This document shows positions 1-7,143 of a DNA stretch of 10,492 nucleotides, piece by piece (positions within the stretch are counted from its first letter, which is position 1; each line of letters begins with the position of its first letter). Under the pieces are notes generated by a model. It searched no databases, had not been told where the DNA came from, and saw nothing but the letters and a program-made list of their open reading frames with translations. Location: contig JANLPS010000230.1 in assembly GCA_031367385.1 (NCBI GenBank), positions 1 to 10,492 of the forward strand, given 5' to 3'. Origin of the DNA: Archangium sp. (GTDB lineage: Bacteria > Myxococcota > Myxococcia > Myxococcales > Myxococcaceae). The position numbers were made by a program, and so were the translations under genes.

Positions 1-327
1 TTCGGCTCGATGGCCGCTTTCGAAAAGGCCATCTCGCGCAACGGCACCGCGGTGCTGCCCCCCGGCCAGTCGGTCAAGATCAAGGTCGGCGTGTCCGGCT
101 TCGGCGCCCGCTCGCCCTTCATCGAAGGCCAGAACAAGAACTCGCCGTTCGTCACCAAGCACACCAAGAGCGGCTACCTGGTCATCACCGCCAAGCCCAC
201 TGCGAAGATCGGCACCCGCGACGCGGTCAACCTGAATCACGGCGGAGCGGTCGTTCTCCCCGTGCCGAAGGCGACCAAGTTCCCCTTCGCGCTCGAAGTC
301 GGCATCGGCCGAATCATGATGGGCTAA
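1..327 (+). CDS. Hypothetical protein, probably 5'-truncated by the window edge (C-terminal part; basic, Gly/Val/Lys-rich, probably beta-rich)
   Basis: Frame 1 is open from base 1 (TTC GGC TCG ATG...) to TAA 325-327. Third codon positions are very strongly C/G. No family motif recognised. ATG at 10 may be internal. Confidence 0.7.
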   Translation, partial: FGSMAAFEKAISRNGTAVLPPGQSVKIKVGVSGFGARSPFIEGQNKNSPFVTKHTKSGYLVITAKPTAKIGTRDAVNLNHGGAVVLPVPKATKFPFALEVGIGRIMMG

Positions 328-1145
328 AAATCAGAGCCCACGTCGAGGCCCAGCTTCTTCAAGCCGGGCACGATGAAGGTCTCGATGCACTGCTGTACCG
401 CCCGGTCTTCAGCGTCGGGCGCGCAGGCTCCCAAGCCCGCCTCAGCGACCAGGCTGCGTTGTCGCCGTTCGACACGGCGGCCTGTGCGGCTCAGTGCCCG
501 AGTGCTGGGCCCAATGAATGCGCCGCGCAGGGCCTGGTCGCACCAGGGCACCAGCGAGGCGCGTTCGTCTTTTGAAAGCCCCCCGACGGCCCGTTTCGCC
601 GCCGCCCAGCCAAAGGCGACGTGCACGTTCTCGTCTTTGAGGGTTCGAGCAATCAGCGCCTTGAGCATCGGCTCGGTGGTCACCTGCAGGCGCGCCTGAA
701 TCAGGGCCCGCGAGACCGTCTCTCCAATGCAGCACCCCACCACCAACCACACCGGCAGCGGCACCGTCGACGGGGCCGACAGCCCATCGAGGTCGAGCTG
801 CAAGTAGTCGGGGATGTCTTCTACGTAGCCGCCGAAGGCTTCGGCCACCTGCACCGAGAGCGCGGTGTGCAACGCCTCATCGTGCAAGATCGCGGTCGCC
901 GCGGTCAGCTCTTCGAGCGGCGCCTGCTGCGCGGCCAGCTTCAAGGCGATCTGGCTCACCACCGGGAGCGCGGCGTACTCCGTCCACGCGCGGTAGCTCC
1001 AGAAGCGTCGAGCGGCTTCACGGGTGGCGCGGGGGAGCTGCTTTAAGCTCGGCAGCTCGAACTCGCCCTTCATGCGCCCATTGAGCGTCGCCGCGATGCG
1101 CTCGATGCCTTGCGTCGGGTCTGGCAGCCGGAGCGTCTTCACCAT
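324..1145 (-). CDS. Ferritin-like domain (diiron-carboxylate) protein, 273 aa
   Basis: Two E...DExxH ligand sets: WTEYAA / HDEALH and IGETVS / KDENVH. ATG at 1145 (MVKTLRLP...) is preferred over 1205 because it lies 10 nt after the kinase stop rather than inside the kinase gene. The stop overlaps the stop of the convergent gene (324-327). Confidence 0.85.
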   Translation of the reverse strand: MVKTLRLPDPTQGIERIAATLNGRMKGEFELPSLKQLPRATREAARRFWSYRAWTEYAALPVVSQIALKLAAQQAPLEELTAATAILHDEALHTALSVQVAEAFGGYVEDIPDYLQLDLDGLSAPSTVPLPVWLVVGCCIGETVSRALIQARLQVTTEPMLKALIARTLKDENVHVAFGWAAAKRAVGGLSKDERASLVPWCDQALRGAFIGPSTRALSRTGRRVERRQRSLVAEAGLGACAPDAEDRAVQQCIETFIVPGLKKLGLDVGSDF

Positions 1146-1155
1146 GCCGTGGTTT

Positions 1156-3207
1156 TTAGCGGGCCGTGAGGCGGGTGACGATGCTGATCTCGGTCTCGAC
1201 CGCATTGGAGCCGAGCTTCGCGGGCTCGTACTGCCGGGTGGCCAACGAGGTCATCACCGCTTCGTCGAGCATCGGCACCGACTTGGTGATGTGGCAGTCG
1301 CTCAGCGAGCCCTTTACCGTGACGCGGCAGCGAGCGACCGAGGTGCCTTCGATGCGCGCAGTCATCGCGTCGCGGGTGTAGCGCGGGGGCTGACCGGGGT
1401 TGATCATGCGTGGCCGGGTCGAGACCTGCTCGAGGGGCACCAGGCCAGACCCCGTTGAACCAGCCGCGGCTGCCGGTGAGGGCGCGACCGCGACGACCGG
1501 GGCCTCGACCACCGCCGGCGAGGGCACGGGCGCCGCGACGGGCAGTGGCTGGGCCTCGGCCACGACCACCGCCGACAACGGCGAGGGCACCACCGGAGCA
1601 GCCATCGACGGCTCGACCTTCGAGATGATCGGGTCGGGCCGAACCGGCGCGAGCGTCACCCGGCCGGTGCCTTTGCGCAGGCGCTGCACCAGGTCGAAGC
1701 GAGGGCCGCTGCTGGTGGCGATGAAGGTCAGCGACTGATAGCCGCGCATCTCAAGCGTGAGCTCAGCGGTGGCCTCGCCATTTTCGTCGGCCGGTACTTC
1801 GAAGGCGACCGGCGTCAGGCCCATCGACTTGCCCGACAACTTCACCGTCGCCCCAATGGGGATGCTGTTGATGCGAAAGGTCACCGGGCCCTTGACCAGG
1901 TCAGCTGCGGGCGTGGCGGCCACGGTGGGCGCCGGGTGCGCCTCGGCGGCAGCCACGGGTTTGCCGCCCGCGCTCGAAGCCGACGCAACCACCTCGGTGC
2001 TCTCGGGAGCGGAGGCCGAGCTGCGCCCCAAAAACCACGCACCACCGATTGCCGCGATGCCCAGCAGCACCCACAGCCACCCGTAGCTGCGGGGCTCGGG
2101 CTGCGATGACGAGAAGAGCGCGATGGGCTCGGAGACCGGAGGGATTGGCACCGAGACGGCCGGCAGCTCGCGGGTACCGATTGCCGCCGCGGGGTCATTG
2201 GGCAACGGCGAAACCGGCTCGTCAACCACCAGCAGCTGCGGCCTCGACTTGGTCTTGGGCGGCATCGGCGTCGACGGCGAATGTTCGGCCTCGACCAGCG
2301 CGGCCAGCAGCGCCTTCACCGACGGGTAGCGATTTTGAGGCAGCTTCTCGAGGCAGCGCCGCACCACCAGCTCGAGCGCCTCGGAGACCCGGGCCTCGGG
2401 CGCGACGTCGGCGAAGTGGGGCACCGGCGCCTGCACGTGCTGCACGATGACGTCGATGCCCGAGCGGCCGCTGAACGGCACCCGCCCGCTCAGAATGCGA
2501 AAGAGCACCACGCCCAGCGAGTAGATGTCGCCCTCGACGCCTGCTTCGCCGCGCGCCTGCTCGGGCGCCATGTAGGTCGGCGAACCCATCACCAGGTTGT
2601 TGCGCGTCACCTCATCGTCGCTCGACGGCGACGCGAGAAACGGCTTGGCCAACCCGAAGTCGAGCAGCTTCACTTCTTCTTCGCCGCTCGGCGTGCGCAT
2701 CACCATCACGTTGGCGGGCTTCAGGTCGCGGTGCACCAGCCCGAGCTCGTGGGCGAACGAGAGGCCCGCGCACATCTTGCGAAAGAGCGACAACGCGCGC
2801 GGCATCGGCAGCTGCCGGTCGCGATCGAGAATTTGAAAGAGCGTTTGGCCCTTGAGCAGCTCCATCACGATGAAGCTGACGCCGTCGTGCTCACCGGCGT
2901 CGAGCACCTCGACGATGTTCGGGTGCGAGAGCCGCATCGACAGCCGGGCCTCGCGTTGAAAGCGCTCGCGCGAGATGGGGCTCTTGGCGGGGTCATGCAG
3001 CGGGTCGAGCACCTTGACCGCGACCTCTCGGTGCGCGCGCAGATCGACCGCGCGGTACACGGTGCCCATGCCGCCGACGCCGACGATGTCGTGAACCTCG
3101 TAATGCAGCAGCGTGGTGCCCTGGAGATCTCGTCGAGCAGGCGTGATCGGCGCGGCGGACTCAGCGCGTATCAAGACCTCCTTCGAGTCAGTCGACTCCG
3201 GCTCCAT
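1156..3207 (-). CDS. Hanks-type Ser/Thr protein kinase with a TM helix, a PEGA-like domain and a C-terminal TonB_C-like domain
   Basis: Kinase motifs GVGGMGTVY, VAVK, FQREA, HRDLKPANV, DFGLAK, GSPTYMAPEQ and DIYSLG. TM segment YGWLWVLLGIAAIGGAWFLG (2085-2026). PEGA-like INSIPIGATVKLSGKSMGLTP...LEMRGYQ. Pro/Ala linker. TonB_C-like PRYTRDAMTARIEGTSVARCRVTVKGSLSDCHITKS...YEPAKLGSNAV. Start is ATG 3207 or TTG 3213. Confidence 0.93.
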   Translation of the reverse strand: MEPESTDSKEVLIRAESAAPITPARRDLQGTTLLHYEVHDIVGVGGMGTVYRAVDLRAHREVAVKVLDPLHDPAKSPISRERFQREARLSMRLSHPNIVEVLDAGEHDGVSFIVMELLKGQTLFQILDRDRQLPMPRALSLFRKMCAGLSFAHELGLVHRDLKPANVMVMRTPSGEEEVKLLDFGLAKPFLASPSSDDEVTRNNLVMGSPTYMAPEQARGEAGVEGDIYSLGVVLFRILSGRVPFSGRSGIDVIVQHVQAPVPHFADVAPEARVSEALELVVRRCLEKLPQNRYPSVKALLAALVEAEHSPSTPMPPKTKSRPQLLVVDEPVSPLPNDPAAAIGTRELPAVSVPIPPVSEPIALFSSSQPEPRSYGWLWVLLGIAAIGGAWFLGRSSASAPESTEVVASASSAGGKPVAAAEAHPAPTVAATPAADLVKGPVTFRINSIPIGATVKLSGKSMGLTPVAFEVPADENGEATAELTLEMRGYQSLTFIATSSGPRFDLVQRLRKGTGRVTLAPVRPDPIISKVEPSMAAPVVPSPLSAVVVAEAQPLPVAAPVPSPAVVEAPVVAVAPSPAAAAGSTGSGLVPLEQVSTRPRMINPGQPPRYTRDAMTARIEGTSVARCRVTVKGSLSDCHITKSVPMLDEAVMTSLATRQYEPAKLGSNAVETEISIVTRLTAR

Positions 3208-3261
3208 GGGCAATTCGTCTCATACCCGATGGGAGATCTGCAAACGCGCCAAAAAAGGGCA

Positions 3262-3345
3262 CCGAACCACCCGTTCTCCCTCGCGTTTAGAGAGTGGAGC
3301 ATCGATGTCTCTCACTTTTCGAGAACCGATTTGAGCGTGGTTCGG
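3262..3345. repeat. Imperfect inverted repeat in the kinase/DMT divergent spacer
   Basis: CCGAACCAC 3262-3270 / GTGGTTCGG 3337-3345 (9/9) shares its axis with the central palindrome CATCGATG 3300-3307 and approximately with AGTG 3293-3296 / CACT 3313-3316. Confidence 0.5.
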
Positions 3346-3363
3346 GTACACGCCTTTGCGCCG

Positions 3364-4269
3364 ATGTCTGCCGCCGCGCCGCTCAAGCCGCTCCCTGCCC
3401 ACGCGCTGCTGCACTTCACCGTTTTCATTTGGGGTTTCACCGCGATTCTGGGTCGGAGCATCTCGATCTCAGCGGTGCCGTTGGTCTGGTACCGGGTGTT
3501 GTTCGTGTTGCCGATCATGGCGGGGCTTTTGGCGGCCAACCGGCTCTCGTTTCGAGCCGAGGCGCGCTTGATTCGGGCCTGGCTCAGCATCGGCGTGCTG
3601 GTCGCGCTGCACTGGCTGATGTTCTACGGCTGCATCAAGTATGCGGGCGTAGCGGTCGCGGTGTTGTGCTTGTCGAGCTCGACCTTCTTCACCGCGCTGT
3701 TCGAGCCGTTGGTGTTTCGGCGGCGGGTGATGGTGGTCGAGCTGCTGATCGGAGCGGCAGTAGTGCTCGGCGTCGCGCTGCTGGTGCGCTTCGAGACCCA
3801 CACCAACCTCACCGGCCTCGGCCTCGGCGTCGGCTCGGCGCTGTTCTCGGCGGCGTTCGGCACGCTCAATGGGCGGTACGCGAAGGGGCAGCAATCGCAG
3901 CGGGTGACGCTGTACGAGCTGAGCTCGGCGCTGGTGGTGACGAGCCTGTTCTTCGCGGTGTGGCCGGGCGAGTTCGTCTCGCCGCTGGCGCTCTCGCTCA
4001 AAGACCTGGGGCTGCTGTTGGTGCTGTCGGTGGTCTGTACGGTGCTGCCCTGGCAGTGGAGCCTGCGCGTGCTCGAGACTTTGAGCCCGTACACGCTCGC
4101 GCTCGCGGTGTCGCTCGAGCCGGTCTACAGCATGGTGCTGGCGTATTTTCTCTTTCCCGACTCCGAGCAGCTGACGCTCAGGTTCTACGCCGGGGCGGCG
4201 ATGCTGGTGGTGTTGGTGCTGGCGAACTCGCGGGTGAAGCGAGCGGCGCCGGCGTCACTCGAGACTTGA
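3364..4269 (+). CDS. DMT/EamA family transporter, 301 aa
   Basis: About 10 hydrophobic segments in two EamA-like halves (FIWGFTAILG...LVWYR; LHWLMFYGCIK; FTALFEPL; SLEPVYSMVLA). Real start taken as ATG 3364. The upstream part of the 662-aa track ORF is antisense to the kinase. Confidence 0.9.
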   Translation: MSAAAPLKPLPAHALLHFTVFIWGFTAILGRSISISAVPLVWYRVLFVLPIMAGLLAANRLSFRAEARLIRAWLSIGVLVALHWLMFYGCIKYAGVAVAVLCLSSSTFFTALFEPLVFRRRVMVVELLIGAAVVLGVALLVRFETHTNLTGLGLGVGSALFSAAFGTLNGRYAKGQQSQRVTLYELSSALVVTSLFFAVWPGEFVSPLALSLKDLGLLLVLSVVCTVLPWQWSLRVLETLSPYTLALAVSLEPVYSMVLAYFLFPDSEQLTLRFYAGAAMLVVLVLANSRVKRAAPASLET

Positions 4270-4272
4270 GCT

Positions 4273-5805
4273 TCAGACCCGAAGCAGGTCGATTTCTTCG
4301 AGAAGCAACGGCTCATCGGGCCAGCGTTTCTTGAGCTCGACGATTCGCGCCGCGTCGACCCGGCCGATGCGGTGCATCACGTTCACCTCGGTGTAGGCGT
4401 CGGCCAATTCTTTGGGCAGCGCCTCGGCCTTGCGCTTGCGGGCCATGGCTTCGGCCTCGCCGGTCGCGAATGAATCGAGTGAGCCGAACGCGTCGTCCCA
4501 CCGCTGGGGGTCGGCGGGCCCACCCGCGATGGAGGGAACGCCGCGCGCGATGACGAGGTGGCCCCAGGTCGGCACGGCGATGCGCTGCCCTGCGTGCTTC
4601 ACCTCGAGCGAGATGACCTCGTGGCCTTCGACGACGAAGCCGGTGGCCTCGACACCGGAGGCGAGCTTCACGCTGAAGCGGCCCTGGGTGGGCAGGGTGG
4701 CTTCTCCGATGAGCACGACGGCGCAGCCGCGCTTGGGCCTGTTGCCGGTGAACATCACCGGCCCGGCGATTTCGACGATGGCGGTGGTGAGGTTCGGCCC
4801 GGTGGGTGGCCCGAAGCGGTGAACGCGCTGCACGGTGCCGGTCAGCTCGATGCGCGTGCCGGCCTCATCGAGCACCAGGTGATTGACCGACTGCGATTTG
4901 AGCGCCTCGTCGAGGCCGTAGTCGCCGCCGCGTTGCCAGGCCATGCCGCGCTTGAACTCTTCGAGCACCTCATTGAGCTGGGCGAAGTCGCGGGCCACGA
5001 ACAGCTGCGGCTGCATGCGGGTGATGTCGTACGTCTGGTCGGCGCAGGCGACCGTCAACGGCACCTTTTTCACCGCGTCGGTCAGGCAGTGCTCGGCTTC
5101 TCCCATGCTCGAGAGCAGGCCCGCGCCGTAGAGCTTTGGAGCGGTCAAGGTGCCGACCAGGCCGTACTCCGCCGTCCACCAATAGAGGCGGCTCGCGCGG
5201 GTCGACTCCGAGACGTAACGAATCGACGCAGCCGCCGCGTCGAGCCGGGCTTCGGCGTGCGCCACGTCGTCAGGCGTCGCGTGAGGGTCTTCTTTGACGA
5301 CCGACAAGTGCCGAATCGCTTCGAAGACGGTGCGGTCTTCGGCCGAGGAAATGGCCTTGAACCCGACTTCACCTGCTGCCTGCACGTAGGCCGCGTAGGC
5401 GGGGTCAGCGAGAATCGGTGAGTGCCCGGCGCTCTCGTGCACGATGTCGGGAGCGGGGGTGTAGCCCAGGTGGGTGTGGTCGCGAATGTCGGCGGCGATG
5501 GCCAGCACCTTGCGGGCCTGCAGCTCGGTGAAGACCGCCGGAGGCAGAAACCCGCGTACCGCGACGGCCTGCCAGCCCATGCGCTCGAGCCGGGCGTTCA
5601 TCGCCTCGAGCCTCGGTATCTGCTCGAGCTCGATGCCGGTGGCGTCGAGGCCCTTCAAGTAGACCGGGTGGGCGCGGTGCTCGAGGTGTCGTTTCAACCG
5701 CCCGACGATGTGGCGCCAGACCGCGTGGTCACGGGGCGTGTACGACGCCCAATCTTGGTCGACGACGAAGCGGGCAAGGTGAGGGGGCAGCGCGCGGCTA
5801 GGCAT
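4273..5805 (-). CDS. phhA: Pterin-dependent aromatic amino acid hydroxylase (phenylalanine 4-monooxygenase family), long form with C-terminal extension, 510 aa
   Basis: Motifs YTPAPDIVHESAGHSP (two Fe-ligand His), LYWWTAEYGL (Fe-ligand Glu), YGAGLLSS.GE and YDITRMQPQLFV. Substrate (Phe versus Trp/Tyr) cannot be fixed from sequence. Confidence 0.9.
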   Translation of the reverse strand: MPSRALPPHLARFVVDQDWASYTPRDHAVWRHIVGRLKRHLEHRAHPVYLKGLDATGIELEQIPRLEAMNARLERMGWQAVAVRGFLPPAVFTELQARKVLAIAADIRDHTHLGYTPAPDIVHESAGHSPILADPAYAAYVQAAGEVGFKAISSAEDRTVFEAIRHLSVVKEDPHATPDDVAHAEARLDAAAASIRYVSESTRASRLYWWTAEYGLVGTLTAPKLYGAGLLSSMGEAEHCLTDAVKKVPLTVACADQTYDITRMQPQLFVARDFAQLNEVLEEFKRGMAWQRGGDYGLDEALKSQSVNHLVLDEAGTRIELTGTVQRVHRFGPPTGPNLTTAIVEIAGPVMFTGNRPKRGCAVVLIGEATLPTQGRFSVKLASGVEATGFVVEGHEVISLEVKHAGQRIAVPTWGHLVIARGVPSIAGGPADPQRWDDAFGSLDSFATGEAEAMARKRKAEALPKELADAYTEVNVMHRIGRVDAARIVELKKRWPDEPLLLEEIDLLRV

Positions 5806-5812
5806 CGAGGCG

Positions 5813-5822
5813 TGTCATGACA
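5813..5822. promoter_or_regulatory. Perfect 10-bp palindrome TGTCATGACA, candidate operator upstream of the hydroxylase
   Basis: Self-complementary 10-mer 7 nt upstream of the hydroxylase ATG (5805), in the divergent spacer. No regulator identified. Confidence 0.3.
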
Positions 5823-5889
5823 ACGAGTCAGGGTGCGGGGCAAGTGAACTCGACACATGGGCTGACGCCTTGCGCTAAGAGAGGGTCTC

Positions 5890-6273
5890 ATGCGGCAGTG
5901 TGGGCTCGTCATGTTGATGTTGTGCTCGGCCTGGGCGTTCGCCGACCCCGACGTGCCCGACCCGTTGATGGTGCCCGACGCCTCGGTGGGCCAGGGCGGA
6001 GCGCAACAAGGCAACGAAGAGAGCGACACCGCCACGGTGTGCACCAGCGACAAAGACTGCGATCGCGGGCTCAAGTGCGACCACAACAAGTGCACGTGGC
6101 AGCAGTACCGGCAGGCGACGTTCTCGGGGTGCGGTGGCAAGGCGCTCGCGACGCTCGCGGTGGGCCTGGTGCTCGCCGGGCGTCGCCGTCGAAGCCACGC
6201 AATTCTCGAAGCCCGAGAAGAGGGCGCTCGCCGGTGCCCTTGCGACCGTGATGTCGGTCGTGGTGTAGGGTGA
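5890..6273 (+). CDS. Small secreted Cys-rich protein with a MYXO-CTERM-like sorting signal (resembles the MXAN_6627.5-type family, from recall)
   Basis: Signal peptide ending AWAFA, then PDASVGQGGA, a C-x5-C-x5-C-x4-C module (CTSDKDCDRGLKCDHNKC), then GCGG + hydrophobic helix + RRRR. GAGAGGG SD-like sequence upstream. Has an atypical 26-aa tail after RRRR. Confidence 0.75.
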   Translation: MRQCGLVMLMLCSAWAFADPDVPDPLMVPDASVGQGGAQQGNEESDTATVCTSDKDCDRGLKCDHNKCTWQQYRQATFSGCGGKALATLAVGLVLAGRRRRSHAILEAREEGARRCPCDRDVGRGVG

Positions 6274-6281
6274 CGCGTGGC
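6194..6281 (+). other. Predicted four-way-junction RNA structure covering the peptidase start codon
   Basis: Closing helix GCCACGC 6194-6200 / GCGTGGC 6275-6281 encloses three tiled hairpins at 6203-6219, 6221-6240 and 6243-6260. Found by eye; function unproven. Confidence 0.45.
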
Positions 6282-7143
6282 CGTCAAGGAGAGCAGCGAA
6301 GCGCCGCGTGCGCGGCCAAAGCCGCATCGCCCACCGGTGGCCGTGGCGGGCACGCCTGCCTCGACACAGGGCGAGACGCCGACGACGAAATGGCAGCCCG
6401 GCGCCGATGGGGTGTCGGCTCAGCGCACGACGGTGGCGAAGGTCGAGCAGGTCGGCGTGTTTCGCCAGCTCAAGAACCTGTGCGGCCCAAGCTCGATCGC
6501 GACGGTGCTCAGGCAGCTCGGGGTGACGCGGGTCTCGCCCAGTGACGCGGCGGGGGCGGCGAGGCTTCAACACGCTTTGTATGACAGCGCGTACAACACG
6601 CCGGCGCTGGTCAAGGCCCGTGGGTCGCGGGTCACGCCCGATGACACGCTCGGTGTTCACCCCACGGGGATGATGACGATCTTGGAGGCGCGGGGGCTCG
6701 ATGCCGTCTGGCACGACGCCGATTTCGATCTTCGCGGCGTCGTGGCGAATGCCGAGACCGTACCCGGCGGTGCGGCGTACATTTCGCGCCGCTCGGAGCA
6801 GATCAAGCGCACCACGCCCGAGCTGCAGGTGCAGGTGCTCCGGGCGCTGGTGGACCACGCCGACACAGCGTTGGCGGCGGGCAAGAGCGTGATGGTGCGG
6901 CTGGCCTGGGGCAATGACCCCGAGCGCTACCACTGGAGCGTGATTCACGGCGTCGATCAACGTGACCCGCGGGGCTACATTCTCAGTGAGCCCGGCACCG
7001 GCAAAGCGATGAGCGTGCCCAAGGCGAGTCTTCGAGCCGATTGTGCGGCTCAAGAGGCGCCAGATCAGCGCTGTTTGAAGGGCTTGATCGTCGTCTCGAA
7101 ACCCGAAGCTCGCTCGAAGACCGCAATGTCGCCGACGCGTTGA
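6277..7143 (+). CDS. Papain-fold C39-like cysteine peptidase with a low-complexity N-terminus, 288 aa
   Basis: QLKNLCGPSSIATVL (Cys codon 6481-6483), YHWSVIHGVD (His 6931-6933) and YILSEPGTG (acidic residue 6988-6990) follow the C39-like Q/C...H...D(P) order. GTG start is uncertain. Confidence 0.72.
   Translation: MAVKESSEAPRARPKPHRPPVAVAGTPASTQGETPTTKWQPGADGVSAQRTTVAKVEQVGVFRQLKNLCGPSSIATVLRQLGVTRVSPSDAAGAARLQHALYDSAYNTPALVKARGSRVTPDDTLGVHPTGMMTILEARGLDAVWHDADFDLRGVVANAETVPGGAAYISRRSEQIKRTTPELQVQVLRALVDHADTALAAGKSVMVRLAWGNDPERYHWSVIHGVDQRDPRGYILSEPGTGKAMSVPKASLRADCAAQEAPDQRCLKGLIVVSKPEARSKTAMSPTR

Noticed and set aside
1450..1610. Repeat-like GC-rich stretch
   Set aside because: Explained by the Pro/Ala/Val linker of the kinase (PVVPSP, PVPSP, VAPSP). 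No regular repeat-spacer period, so not CRISPR.
2281..3363. N-terminal 361 aa of the 662-aa track ORF, which would make a fused or overlapping giant DMT
   Set aside because: It is mostly the antisense shadow of the kinase, common in high-GC genes. EamA-like sequence only begins at ATG 3364.
6194..6281. tRNA gene
   Set aside because: Cloverleaf-like, but there is no TTC T-loop, no D-loop GG and no 7-nt anticodon loop, and it has a 14-nt unpaired linker before the closing stem.
6271..6320. Selenocysteine recoding of the in-frame TGA
   Set aside because: No convincing SECIS-like hairpin at the expected distance, and the codon is not in a redox motif or a recognised domain.
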